Assembly (NCBI RefSeq): GCF_016904885.1
Contig: NZ_JADWYI010000001.1
Span: 7,113,224-7,177,223, forward strand
Direction: 5' to 3'
Length of the DNA: 64,000 nucleotides
Source: [Archangium] primigenium
GTDB taxonomy: Bacteria > Myxococcota > Myxococcia > Myxococcales > Myxococcaceae
The notes beneath the pieces are model-generated. The model was not told the origin of the DNA. It ran no database searches and was given only the letters and a program-made list of their open reading frames with translations. Shown here piece after piece: positions 37,411-47,168 of this stretch (position 1 is the stretch's first letter; each line of letters begins with the position of its first letter). The position numbers and the translations under genes were made by a program.

Positions 37411-37774
37411 TTGTCCTCGTCGTGTGGCGGGCACCATCGGAACCGCCTGTGCACGTGCGCCCTCCGTGCGAAGTGAGCGCCCCACTCCCATCACCCGTCC
37501 GCCAGGTCCTCACGGCAAGCGGGGAACCTCCATGGCAAGCGAGCACCTCCGGCGAAAGAACGCCGCATCACGACGCGCGGAGAGCCCTTCTCAAACGGAA
37601 TTCGGCGCATGCACGGCATCGACAACGGCCTCGTGCTGATTGTCCGCGCCCATCGCCAATGAAGGTCCCCTTCGCAAGACAGGACCACACGCGTCGCGCC
37701 ATGGAATGCGCCACGCACGCGGCGTGGCCAATGCCAGGCGCGAGGTGCCTCCGTGGGTTCAAGCGCTTGGAAAT

Positions 37775-37860
37775 TGCACGAGCCGGGGATCGAACCCGGA
37801 CGGCCCCTTCGGGCCAGCGGATTTTAAGTCCGCTGCGTCTGCCAGTTTCGCCACTCGTGC
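37775..37860 (-). tRNA. tRNA-Leu (anticodon TAA), class II with long variable arm
   Basis: Manual fold: acceptor GCACGAG/CUCGUGC, anticodon stem GCGGA/UCCGC with loop CUUAAAA, variable stem-loop GGCCC-GAAG-GGGCC, T-arm CGGGG-UUCGAUC-CCCGG, discriminator A. Confidence 0.8.
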
Positions 37861-38160
37861 ACAGGCGCCACACAGCCCCGGCTGGCGGGCTCACTTCAAC
37901 ACGATCCCCAGGCAGCGAAAAAGGGGGATGCGCGAAACGATACGCCAGGCCTGGAGGCGGAGGGGGCGTGACCCAGGACCCTTCCCCCCAAGCGACTCGC
38001 GAGCGGCCCGGACAGCCGCGAGGGAACGCCTCGGGCCGACCTGCCCACCGGGGGAGAACGCACCCAAACGGAGCGCGGAAATCCGAGAATTCATCCAGTG
38101 GACGGAGGAAGGCGCACATGGGCATCCCGTCCGGGACGCCGCTGTTATATAGCGACCGCC

Positions 38161-39789
38161 ATGCTCGAAACCGTCACCAAGGGCTTCCGCGCCGCCAAGA
38201 ACCGCCTCGCGGGCAAGAGTGAGATCACCGCCGAGATGGTGGACGAGTCGCTGCGCGACATCCGCGTCTCCCTGCTCGAGGCCGACGTGGCCTTCGATGT
38301 CGTGAAGAAGTTCGTCTCCCGGGTGCGCGAGAAGGCCGTGGGCGAGGTGGTGCAGACGACCATCACGGACAAGACGGGCAACAAGCGTCGCGTCTCCGCG
38401 GGCGACCACTTCGTGAAGATCTGTCACGACGAACTCGAGGCCCTGATGGGCCCGGTGGACACGTCGCTGCAGCTCAAGCCGAGAGACCAACTCAGCGGCA
38501 TCATGATGGTGGGCCTGCAGGGCTCGGGCAAGACGACGACCACGGGCAAGCTGGCCAGCAAGCTGCTCAAGGAGGGCCGCAAGCCCCTCCTGGTGGCGGC
38601 GGACATCTACCGGCCGGCGGCGGTGGACCAGCTCAAGGTGTTGGGCGAGCGGCTGAATGTCCCGGTGTATCACGAGCCCAACGTGTCGCCCCCGGAGCTG
38701 GCGAAGCGTGGGTATGCCGCCGCGCGCGAGCAGAAGTGCGACGTGGTGCTCATCGACACCGCGGGCCGCCTGGCCATCGACGAGGCCCTGATGACGGAGC
38801 TCGAGGCCATCAAGGGCAACGTGCGGCCGGACAACATCCTGCTGGTCTGCGACGCGATGATCGGCCAGGACGCGGTGCGCACGGCGGCCGAGTTCGATCG
38901 GCGCCTGAGCCTGGACGGCTTCATCCTCACGAAGCTCGACGGTGATGCGCGCGGTGGCGCGGCGCTGTCGATCAAGGAGGTGACGGGCAAGCCCATCAAG
39001 TTCCTCGGCATGGGCGAGTCGATGGACAAGCTCGAGGAGTTCCGCCCGGATGGCCTGGCGAGCCGGATCCTCGGTTTTGGCGACATCGTTGGCCTGATGA
39101 AGGACTTCGAGCAGGTCGTCGACGAGAAGAAGGCGGCCGAGGACGCGCAGAAGCTCCTGTCGGGCAACTTCACGATGAAGGACTTCGTGGAGCAGATCCG
39201 GATGGTGCGGCGCATGGGCCCGCTGAAGGATCTCCTGGAGAAGTTCCCCCTCTTCGGGGAGATGACCGAGCAGCTCAACCCGGATGAGACGGAGCTGACG
39301 AAGATCGAGTCCATGTACGACTCGATGACCGCGCAGGAGCGGCTGCGCCCGCAGCTCATCAATGACAGCCGGGTGAAGCGCATCGCCAAGGGCAGCGGTC
39401 GCAAGCCCGAGGAGGTGCGGGACCTGCTGCAGAAGTTCGGGATGATGCAGCAGGTGATGGGGACGATTGGCCAGAACCCGGGCCTGCTGGGACGGATTCC
39501 GGGCTTCAAGCAGATGGGCCAGCTCGCGCAGCTCAAGAACATGGACCTGTCGAGCGTCTTCGGAAAGGACCCGAAGGCGATGGAGCGGGCCATGGCGGGG
39601 ATGGGGGGCATGCAACTGCCGCAGATCGCGCCGGGCTACACCGCGCCCATGGGCCAGGCGGCGATGGCGAAGGCCCGCATGATGGGCTACGCCCCGCCCT
39701 CCGCCGCGAAGCCGGAGAACAAGGACGCCATCAAGGAGCGCCGCAAGCGCGAGAAGGAAAACAAGAAGAAGAACCGGAAGAAGAAGTAG
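38161..39789 (+). CDS. ffh: Signal recognition particle protein Ffh
   Basis: N-domain, G-domain motifs GLQGSGKTTT, DTAGR, TKLDGD, Met-rich M-domain and basic C-terminal tail. Confidence 0.9.
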   Translation: MLETVTKGFRAAKNRLAGKSEITAEMVDESLRDIRVSLLEADVAFDVVKKFVSRVREKAVGEVVQTTITDKTGNKRRVSAGDHFVKICHDELEALMGPVDTSLQLKPRDQLSGIMMVGLQGSGKTTTTGKLASKLLKEGRKPLLVAADIYRPAAVDQLKVLGERLNVPVYHEPNVSPPELAKRGYAAAREQKCDVVLIDTAGRLAIDEALMTELEAIKGNVRPDNILLVCDAMIGQDAVRTAAEFDRRLSLDGFILTKLDGDARGGAALSIKEVTGKPIKFLGMGESMDKLEEFRPDGLASRILGFGDIVGLMKDFEQVVDEKKAAEDAQKLLSGNFTMKDFVEQIRMVRRMGPLKDLLEKFPLFGEMTEQLNPDETELTKIESMYDSMTAQERLRPQLINDSRVKRIAKGSGRKPEEVRDLLQKFGMMQQVMGTIGQNPGLLGRIPGFKQMGQLAQLKNMDLSSVFGKDPKAMERAMAGMGGMQLPQIAPGYTAPMGQAAMAKARMMGYAPPSAAKPENKDAIKERRKREKENKKKNRKKK

Positions 39790-39821
39790 CCGGGACGCGA
39801 ACACCCAGGGAGTGGATGTTC

Positions 39822-39878
39822 CACCGCGCCGCTCGGAAGCCTCGTGAGGCGCTTCCTGGAGCGGCGCGGTTGTTTGGG
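39822..39878 (+). terminator. Rho-independent terminator after ffh
   Basis: Compound hairpin CCGCGCCGCTC...GAGCGGCGCGG followed by TTGTTTGG. Confidence 0.5.
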
Positions 39879-40035
39879 GGGGGGAATCCAGACCACGAGA
39901 CGGGTGACGGGCGCCTGGACGAGGACCGCGGGCGTGGGGGTTGAACGCCGCGAGTCATCCTGGGCAGTTGCGTGCGGGTAAGCTCAGCGGTGCGTGCTGG
40001 AATGGACCCTGCACTCACCCCGCCGCATGCCAACC

Positions 40036-41991
40036 ATGAAACGCATTCTTCCGCTGTTCCTCGTCGGGTGGACGTTCGCCTGCATCAACGTCCCCGACAT
40101 CGAACCCGAGCCCGTGCCTGAAATCCCGGAGGAGAACAGCCCACCGGACGCGGGAACGCCCCTGGCTGACTTGCGCGTCTCCATCACGGAGCCGGTGGAC
40201 AGGGCCTACACGAGCACCGCGGTCACGCTGACGGTGGAGGTTCGAGGAGGGGTCGCGGACACGGTCCAACTGCTCAAGGACGGGGAGCGCCTGACGACGC
40301 TCACGCCGCCCTGGAAGTACACCTGGGACACGACCCATGAGGCGGAGCGGGACTACAGCCTCACGGCACGCGCCCTGCGCGGGACCAAGGCCTTCACCAG
40401 TTCGCCCGTGGTCGTGGTCGTGGATCGAACCCACCTCCAGGTGGCCACGCGCACGCCCGCCCACAACGCCGCCAACGTGGATTCCAGTCAGCCCATCCGG
40501 GTGACCTTCACCAAGCCCGTACGAGCGGAGACGCTCGGTGACACCACGGTGAGCCTCGCGGTCGCGGGCGTGCTGGCAGACAAGACCCTTACGCTGTCCG
40601 CGGACGGCAAGGAGCTGACGATCACGCCCAAGGAGACGCCCGACTTGCCCGCGAGGTTTTCGATCGGGCTGAGCCGAGGCATCACCGACCTGGCGGGCAA
40701 CGCCCTGATGTTGCCCGGCACGCCATGGAGCTTCGAGGTTCCCGAGTGGTACGTCCTCAGCGATGCCCTTCAGGCGGTGCCCACGGAGGGCACGGGGTTG
40801 AAGGATCCCGCGATGGTCCTCGACTTGAATGACAACCCCATCGTGGCGTGGAGCGAGGAACTGACACCGGGAGGCCGAACGGCGATCTTCGCCTCCAGAT
40901 GGAATGGGCAGGGCTTCGAATCCTTGGGGGGAGCGCTCAATGGAACCTTCACGGGCTCGGCGTACCACCCGGAACTCGCGCTCATGGGAGATGGACACCC
41001 TGTCGTCGCCTGGCACGAGTCCGACGGCTTCAACGAAAACATCTACGTGAAGCGTTGGACGGGAACGACGTGGCAAACGGTTGGGAACGGGGCGTTGTCC
41101 GCGGAAACCGACACCCGCTCCAAGCCGGTGCCAACGCCCGCGATCAAACCGACCATCGCCGCGCGTCAAGAAGAACTCTACGTCGCATGGGAGGAGAAGA
41201 CCGTCGAGGGGTACTCGACGATCCACGTGTGGAAGTCATCTCAGGGTGGACCCTTTATGGGTGTGGGCAACGCAACAGGCACGGTGAAGGCGTACCCGGG
41301 TGCGACGAATGGAGCGAGTCCAGCGCTGACCCTGACCGCCGAGGGTCAGCCCATCATCTGCTTCCAGGAACAGACAGCACCCCAAGGCGAGGAATCACGA
41401 ATTCACGTGATGTCGCTGGTGTCTGGCTCATGGGCCTTCGCGACTCCCCCTCCCCGGCTGGATTCGACGCCTCCGAATCCAGGGGGATTGACCGCGAACC
41501 CGGCGTACTCAGAGTCCACTGACTGCTCTCTGTCGACCAATGACCTCAACAGTACAACGTATCTCTCCTGGACCGAACCGTCCCAAAAAGACGGTCCGAC
41601 AGACATTCATGTATTCCAGATGGCTGGTGCGCAGACGTGGAGCAGAGTCGGCACTCCACTGAGCCAATATCCTGGCCGCACTTTCGCCAGCCACTCCAAG
41701 ATCCGTTCGTCGTCACACGCCATGCCATTCGTAACTTGGCAAGAGCAGGAATGGCAAGAGAACGGCGAACTCAAGAAAAATCTACTAATCAGTGCGTGGA
41801 ATGAAAAGTGGCGCACTACATCTTCTCCTCAAAATCGCCTCACCCTCAAACACAGCAATCGCGCAGACCTATTAGTAGATTCGCACAATCGGCCAATGAT
41901 TTCATGGTTTGAGAGTACACACAATGGCTCCACATTTACAGGAAGCGAACTTCGACTCAGCAGACAAAACAAAACCGCCATACAGGACTGA
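40036..41991 (+). CDS. Secreted protein with Ig-like N-terminal domains and C-terminal repeated W..E...I.V..W.G..W...G blades (beta-propeller-like); 3' third low-GC
   Basis: Signal peptide MKRILPLFLVGWTFAC; at least five internal repeats (VVAWHESDG..IYVKRWTGTTWQTVGN etc.); GC falls from about 65% to about 48% after about 41.4 kb. Confidence 0.45.
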   Translation: MKRILPLFLVGWTFACINVPDIEPEPVPEIPEENSPPDAGTPLADLRVSITEPVDRAYTSTAVTLTVEVRGGVADTVQLLKDGERLTTLTPPWKYTWDTTHEAERDYSLTARALRGTKAFTSSPVVVVVDRTHLQVATRTPAHNAANVDSSQPIRVTFTKPVRAETLGDTTVSLAVAGVLADKTLTLSADGKELTITPKETPDLPARFSIGLSRGITDLAGNALMLPGTPWSFEVPEWYVLSDALQAVPTEGTGLKDPAMVLDLNDNPIVAWSEELTPGGRTAIFASRWNGQGFESLGGALNGTFTGSAYHPELALMGDGHPVVAWHESDGFNENIYVKRWTGTTWQTVGNGALSAETDTRSKPVPTPAIKPTIAARQEELYVAWEEKTVEGYSTIHVWKSSQGGPFMGVGNATGTVKAYPGATNGASPALTLTAEGQPIICFQEQTAPQGEESRIHVMSLVSGSWAFATPPPRLDSTPPNPGGLTANPAYSESTDCSLSTNDLNSTTYLSWTEPSQKDGPTDIHVFQMAGAQTWSRVGTPLSQYPGRTFASHSKIRSSSHAMPFVTWQEQEWQENGELKKNLLISAWNEKWRTTSSPQNRLTLKHSNRADLLVDSHNRPMISWFESTHNGSTFTGSELRLSRQNKTAIQD

Positions 41992-42069
41992 TCCGCTTTT
42001 ATGATCTCCCGCATGGTAGAGAGTCTAACTTAAATTGCGGAGTAACCCGGGCGTAACCACCTTGAGGGT

Positions 42070-42255
42070 ATGGCCCGAGAACTGCTGCCAGACACCTTGT
42101 CGGTCCGCGTGAAGGACTTGCTGCCCGTCCATCCTCCGCAACCCAAGGGCGGACGGCCCTGGAAGGAGGACCGGCTCGCGCTGCGCGGCATCATCTTCGT
42201 CCTCAAGGTCAACATCACGTGGGACTCGCTGGCCCGCCTAAGCACCCGGACATAG
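42070..42255 (+). pseudogene. IS5-family transposase N-terminal fragment
   Basis: GGRPWKEDRLALRGIIFVLKVNITWDSL matches the conserved IS5/IS427 N-terminal block. Confidence 0.5.
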
Positions 42256-42272
42256 ATAATGTCCACCCCAGC

Positions 42273-42810
42273 ATGGAACCGCTGAGGGTGGACGATTCGG
42301 TGCGTGAGCGGCTGCGGGACATCAGCCGCTCCTCGGATGTGGATGCCGACGAGCGCGACCGGGTCCAGATGGTCCTGCTTGCCGCCGAGGGCTGGAGTGC
42401 ACCGCACATCGCACGCCACCTGGGCGTCAGTGACAAGACAGTGCGCCGACTGCTCAAGGGCTGGCGTGAGCGCGGCGAGCAGGCCCTCTTCAAGACTTTG
42501 CCTGGGCCAGCGCCTGACTTCGAGCACCAGCAGCGCGTGCACCAGGCACTGCACCTGCTGCTGCAGCAGCCACGCACCTGGAGCGCCAGCCAGTTGTCTC
42601 ACGCCCTGCAGGAGCATAGCCTCCGTCTCGGCGTGCGTCAGGTGCGCCGCTACCTCGCGGCCATGGGCGCCAGCTGGCGGCGTACCCAGCTGAGCCTGGC
42701 CCACAAACAACAGCCCGCTGCCGTCACTCGGGCGCGAGCGCGCCTCAAGCGCATGGAAAAAAAGCCCGCGAGGGAAGGTTAGACCTCTACTTCCTGGACG
42801 AGTGCGGCTT
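42273..42810 (+). pseudogene. IS630-family transposase 5' fragment truncated by IS3 insertion
   Basis: HTH RVQMVLLAAEGWSAPHIARHLGVSDKTVRRLLKGWRE, then LDLYFLDECGF (start of DDE domain) running into the IS3 end. Confidence 0.55.
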
Positions 42811-42871
42811 CTGGGACTGGCCCGCTTTTGTGGACATACCTCGTAAGTCGGCTACACGGGAGGTAGTGTCC

Positions 42872-43183
42872 ATGGAACGAAGGAAGAGGCGCAGCTTCAA
42901 CGAGGAGTTCAAGGCCGAGGCGGTCCGACTGGTGCGCGAGGGCGGCAAGAGCGTGCCTCAAGTGGCCAGGGACTTGGACCTGACGGATTCGGCCCTGCGC
43001 AACTGGGTGAGGCAGGCGGAGGTGGACGAGGGCAAGGGCCCGGCGGGCGCGCTCACCACGGCCGAGCGGGAGGAATTCGCACGGCTGCGCAAGGAGGTGC
43101 GCCAGCTGACGATGGAGCGTGACTTCCTAAAAAAAGCGGCGGCCTTCTTCGCGAAGGAGGGCTCGACGTGCAGTTCGAGCTGA
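42872..43183 (+). CDS. IS3-family transposase OrfA (HTH)
   Basis: MERRKRRSFNEEFKAEAVRLV...LRKEVRQLTMERDFLKKAAAFFA. Confidence 0.7.
   Translation: MERRKRRSFNEEFKAEAVRLVREGGKSVPQVARDLDLTDSALRNWVRQAEVDEGKGPAGALTTAEREEFARLRKEVRQLTMERDFLKKAAAFFAKEGSTCSSS
43126..43133 (+). promoter_or_regulatory. IS3 programmed -1 frameshift site A-AAA-AAG
   Basis: ctaaaaaaagc run at the OrfA/OrfB overlap. Confidence 0.6.
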
Positions 43184-44043
43184 TGGACGCGCAGAAGGCC
43201 CACTTCCCCGTGAAGTTCATGAGCCAGCAGTTGGGGGTGTCGCGCTCGGGCTACTATGCGTGGCGAGGGCGCCCGGAGTCCGCGCGGCGGGCGTCGGACC
43301 GTGCACTGTCCGAGGAAGTCACCCGGGTGCACCACGCCAGTCGCCGCACGTACGGCAGCCCGCGAGTGCATGCGGAGCTGCGAGCCCGCGGCCAGCGGGT
43401 GAGCCGCAAGCGCGTGGTGCGGCTCATGCGCGAGCAGGGCCTGGCCGCACGCAGGCGGCGGCGCTACGTGGTCACCACGGACTCGCGCCACCACCAGCCC
43501 GTGGCGCCCAATGTGCTCGCGCGGGACTTCTCTCCGGCGCAACCCAACACCACCTGGGCAACAGACATCACGTACGTCGGCACGCGCGAGGGATGGCTGT
43601 ACCTGGCGGTGGTGCTCGACCTGTTTTCGCGCAGGGTGGTGGGCTGGTCCATGAGCGATGCCATCGAGCGGCACCTGGTGCTGGCCGCCCTGGATATGGC
43701 GCTCGAGGGCCGTCAGCCCCCACGCGGGCTGGTGCACCACTCGGACCGGGGCAGTCAGTACGCCAGCGAGGACTACAGACGTGCCCTGGCGACACGGGGC
43801 ATTGAGTGCAGCATGTCGCGCAAGGGCAATTGCTGGGACAACGCCGTGGTGGAGAGTTTCTTCAGCACCCTGAAGCAAGAGCTCGTCTACACCACGGACT
43901 TCACCACGCGCGCGCAGGCCCGGCTGGCCCTCTTCGAGTACATCGAGGCCTTCTACAACCGGCAGCGTCGCCACTCGACCCTGGGCTATGTCAGTCCTGT
44001 GGCTTTTGAGCTTGCGGCCTTACCGCAGAAGTTGGCAGCATAA
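43168..44043 (+). CDS. IS3-family transposase OrfB (DDE integrase core)
   Basis: WATDITYV...HSDRGSQY...NAVVESFFSTLKQE rve-domain motifs. Confidence 0.8.
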   Translation: MQFELMDAQKAHFPVKFMSQQLGVSRSGYYAWRGRPESARRASDRALSEEVTRVHHASRRTYGSPRVHAELRARGQRVSRKRVVRLMREQGLAARRRRRYVVTTDSRHHQPVAPNVLARDFSPAQPNTTWATDITYVGTREGWLYLAVVLDLFSRRVVGWSMSDAIERHLVLAALDMALEGRQPPRGLVHHSDRGSQYASEDYRRALATRGIECSMSRKGNCWDNAVVESFFSTLKQELVYTTDFTTRAQARLALFEYIEAFYNRQRRHSTLGYVSPVAFELAALPQKLAA

Positions 44044-44131
44044 CCTCACTGTCCACGTCAGCGGGCCAAGCTCAGGAGAGCCACGCCAGCCGAGCAAACC
44101 CACACGACAAATGCACAAGCCCAAACGAGTC

Positions 44132-45172
44132 TCAACCTTGTCGCCTGGGAACAACAAGTCCTCTTGAGAGACGACGAAGAACACGCCGCCTTTGGCGATG
44201 CTTGTATAGTTTATGAGCATTGTCTCCTTGCTCATTCTGCAAAGCAGTCTCTTCATCCATTATCTGGAATTCAACAAGCGTAAAAACGATTCGGTTCTTT
44301 CGCTCGCGTGAATCCTCCTCTGGGCGAGGGAGATACGCATCCATCCGGAGAGGCACATCAACAATGAAATTCAATGCACGGTAAGTATTCCCTGAATATA
44401 AATTACGACCGCGATCTTCTCGGTCCTCATAGTCAGGGTCCAACTGCAACTGCGACGCAAATTGCCTCAAATGAGGATTGCCTTCCAAAATCAACCTGAA
44501 GGGCAGCAATGTGTTTTCGGTTTGACCAGGAACAACAAAATTGAACGGGAAAAGATGTTGCGTCAGGAAGTACAGGACGGGAAGAACATCTTCTCTCGTC
44601 TTTGTAATAATGCGAAAGCGCGTTCGGTCATAAATCTGCGCCGCAACCGTTTCCTTTTTCGCCAACAATTTCGTAATTAGGGAATCCTGCGTCTTGATTG
44701 AGTGCGCGAACTCAACCACAGGCAAACCCTTTTCCTGAATCAAATTCGCAACCCGAAGAACCTTGGCCAACACCAATCTGGACAACTCTACTTCTGAAAA
44801 AGACAAACGGTGAAGCAAATCCCTTCCCTCTATATGCTGAATAACGTGCATCACCTTTAAGACGATACACGCGATGCGGCGGTACCGAGGCAAACCTTTC
44901 ACGCCAGAGGCAAACAAAAACAAGTCATGAATCTCGTTTGGCTCCGCGACAACATCCGCAACACGATAATCAAACGTCTTTCTTAAATACTCAACGGCAT
45001 CAGCAAGAACTTTTCGCGCCCATTGTTCATCTTCGACGCGATTCGTGTCGATTTGACACAGCTGTAGAAAACGATCGACTTCGTCTCGCCCCTGGAAGTG
45101 CATCCGACGCCAGTCGATGACAGAGCCTCCACGGAGGATGAGTCGAATGCGCTCAAGCTCACGGAGACCCAT
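44132..45172 (-). CDS. RelA/SpoT-homolog (RSH) synthetase-domain nucleotidyltransferase, small-alarmone-synthetase-like; alternative start further upstream possible
   Basis: Ordered motifs HSIKTQDSLITKLLAKKE, DRTRFRIITKTRED, YRALNFIVDV and VEFQIMDEETALQNE parallel the RelQ/SAS motifs GRVKPVASILEKARRK, DIAGLRIM, YRSYHLVV and EIQIRTLAMNFWA; locus GC about 46%. Confidence 0.5.
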   Translation of the reverse strand: MGLRELERIRLILRGGSVIDWRRMHFQGRDEVDRFLQLCQIDTNRVEDEQWARKVLADAVEYLRKTFDYRVADVVAEPNEIHDLFLFASGVKGLPRYRRIACIVLKVMHVIQHIEGRDLLHRLSFSEVELSRLVLAKVLRVANLIQEKGLPVVEFAHSIKTQDSLITKLLAKKETVAAQIYDRTRFRIITKTREDVLPVLYFLTQHLFPFNFVVPGQTENTLLPFRLILEGNPHLRQFASQLQLDPDYEDREDRGRNLYSGNTYRALNFIVDVPLRMDAYLPRPEEDSRERKNRIVFTLVEFQIMDEETALQNEQGDNAHKLYKHRQRRRVLRRLSRGLVVPRRQG

Positions 45173-45340
45173 GTCCGCAACGGAACACACGGGGATGTCG
45201 GGCAGTTGTCGAATAGCTGGGTCGGACTTCACGCCCGCGTTTCTAGCCGAGCGGTAACCCCGTGGGAAGGGGAACCCCCAAAAGAAAGGCCGCCACCCCC
45301 TTGGGTGACGGCCGTTCACGAAGACAGCTCGGGGTACAGT

Positions 45341-45829
45341 CTACTTCGCAGCCACTTCCCGATTGTCGCGGTACTCGGTCTGCTTCACCAGACGACCGTC
45401 GGCGGAGAACTCCTTGACCATGCCCTGGCGAAGTCCGTCCGCGTACTGCTCCACCTTCTTGACCGTTCCGCTAGCGAACAACTCAGTAACCTCTCCATGG
45501 AAGTTACTGCGCTTGAAGTTGGCGGTCCCCGTCTTCTGGCCCTTTTCATCGAAGAAGGTCCACAGGCCCATGCGGAGACCATTCTCCGACAGGCCTTCCG
45601 CCTGCTTCATCCCATTGGGATGGAAATAGACCGTCGTCCCATGCGGAGTGAACTCTTTCACATCCGCTTTGATGCACGCGGCCATATCGCCCAGCTTCTT
45701 GTTGGCCTTCCGCTCTTGCCGCGTTCCACTGGGGCAGTTCAAATCGGTGGAATCCTTGGCGAACGAAGTCGGCGCAACAACCATCGCCGCGAACACACCA
45801 ACAACTCCGGTCCACTTCTTAAGCGACAT
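45341..45829 (-). CDS. Secreted MORN-repeat protein (YwqK-family-like)
   Basis: Signal peptide then repeated G..V.YH.NG....G...NG...G.W..Y..G MORN-like units; co-directional and 22 bp upstream of the RSH gene. Confidence 0.45.
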   Translation of the reverse strand: MSLKKWTGVVGVFAAMVVAPTSFAKDSTDLNCPSGTRQERKANKKLGDMAACIKADVKEFTPHGTTVYFHPNGMKQAEGLSENGLRMGLWTFFDEKGQKTGTANFKRSNFHGEVTELFASGTVKKVEQYADGLRQGMVKEFSADGRLVKQTEYRDNREVAAK

Positions 45830-45943
45830 GACGCGTTCCTTTCGACTGAGCGGCAATGCTCTCTCCGCTAATTAATAGACGCGATCGAAAACGCTCTATT
45901 CATTTACCTCAGCGGAGCGCAACACGAAACCCGTTGCTCACAA

Positions 45944-45990
45944 AATGAAAAGCCCCACCCTCTAAAGGGTGAGGCTCCGCAAAACGTTCA
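45944..45990 (-). terminator. Rho-independent terminator downstream of the cysteine-rich lipoprotein gene
   Basis: On minus strand GCCTCACCCTTTAGAGGGTGGGGC followed by TTTTCATTTT. Confidence 0.4.
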
Positions 45991-46021
45991 ACCCCAAGCA
46001 GTATAAATCAACCGCACGAAG

Positions 46022-46945
46022 CTATCGCCGCAGCTGCTGGCACACGGGATTGCCACCCGTGAAGAAGTAGCCCGCCTGGATAGTGGTCGAACCAGAAGGA
46101 CGGCACAGATACGTGTCGAAGTAAGCGTCCTTCAAGTTCCCCGAAGTGCGAGTGAAATTCAGCAGCAATCCCTCGTTCAGAATATCGAACTGCCGAGCGG
46201 CCGTGTTCACGTAGAAGAACTGAGCCAGCCCAGCGCGCGTCGAAGGCCAATCCGCATCAGTCCGGTACGCACGAACGCGAACAAGGAAGGCGTCCGGATT
46301 GGTTGCGCCAGCGCACTTGTTGGAGTTCACCTCGTAGCCCGTGCTCTCCACGGAGTAGATCACGGGGCCCGAGCTGGACGCGCTGCTCCACGCAGGACGA
46401 CCCGTCGAGAAGTTCTCGCAGCTCGCCTCGGCAACGGGGGCCGGAGCGCACTTGCTGCTGCTGCAGTACTGGCCGTAGCTGCAAGTGGTCTGACCGCTGC
46501 CCGAGCAGGTGGTCTCGGCGGGGCGGTTCTCGCAGGTCTTCGTCGCCGTGTTGCAGGTCTGGTTCGCGGCGCACTGCGCATCCGACGTGCAACCCGCGGG
46601 GGCCGGCGTGGTGCCATCCGTGCAGACGCTGTACGAGGTGGAGCACGACAGGGTCGAGGCGTCCGACACCCGCGTGTCGCCCTGGCACAGCGGCGTCGTG
46701 TCGCACTTGCAGATCAGGGGCGTTCCCGTGCCGCTCAGCGCCTCGCACCGCTTCGCGGAGGTCGGGCAGTCCAGGTTGGTCGTACACGTCTGCACACAGA
46801 CCTGAGCCTGGGGGTGACAGATCTCACCCTCGATGCAATCCCCATCCGACGAGCACGCCAGGCTCGTGCGGCCACCATCACACGCCATCATCAGGCTCGC
46901 GGCGCTCAGCGCGGCGAACATCAACATCATCTTCCGAAGCTGCAT
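46022..46945 (-). CDS. Cysteine-rich repeat lipoprotein (Myxococcus cysteine-rich repeat type)
   Basis: Lipobox-like LMMAC, then many C-x(3-4)-C/DCP repeats. Confidence 0.5.
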   Translation of the reverse strand: MQLRKMMLMFAALSAASLMMACDGGRTSLACSSDGDCIEGEICHPQAQVCVQTCTTNLDCPTSAKRCEALSGTGTPLICKCDTTPLCQGDTRVSDASTLSCSTSYSVCTDGTTPAPAGCTSDAQCAANQTCNTATKTCENRPAETTCSGSGQTTCSYGQYCSSSKCAPAPVAEASCENFSTGRPAWSSASSSGPVIYSVESTGYEVNSNKCAGATNPDAFLVRVRAYRTDADWPSTRAGLAQFFYVNTAARQFDILNEGLLLNFTRTSGNLKDAYFDTYLCRPSGSTTIQAGYFFTGGNPVCQQLRR

Positions 46946-47168
46946 TCTCGGCTTCCTCCTGAAGGAATACGTCGCATCGAGGCGGGCTGCCGGCCCTCAA
47001 GGCCCTCCTCGTCCTGCAGCGCGGGGCTTAGTCCCGCGACTCCAGGCGTGTCAACGACTGTCGACACCTCTCCTCGACGCTCTTTTCAGAGGGAGATTCA
47101 TTCGCTTCAAGAGGAACAGCCATACGAGAGATGTGTACCGTATGTGACTGTTCCTCTCGAAGATGCTG

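Larger units (their letters stand above)
42810..44045 (+). mobile_element. IS3-family insertion sequence, apparently intact; boundaries approximate
   Basis: OrfA plus OrfB with A7G slippery site; weak terminal inverted repeats. Confidence 0.65.
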
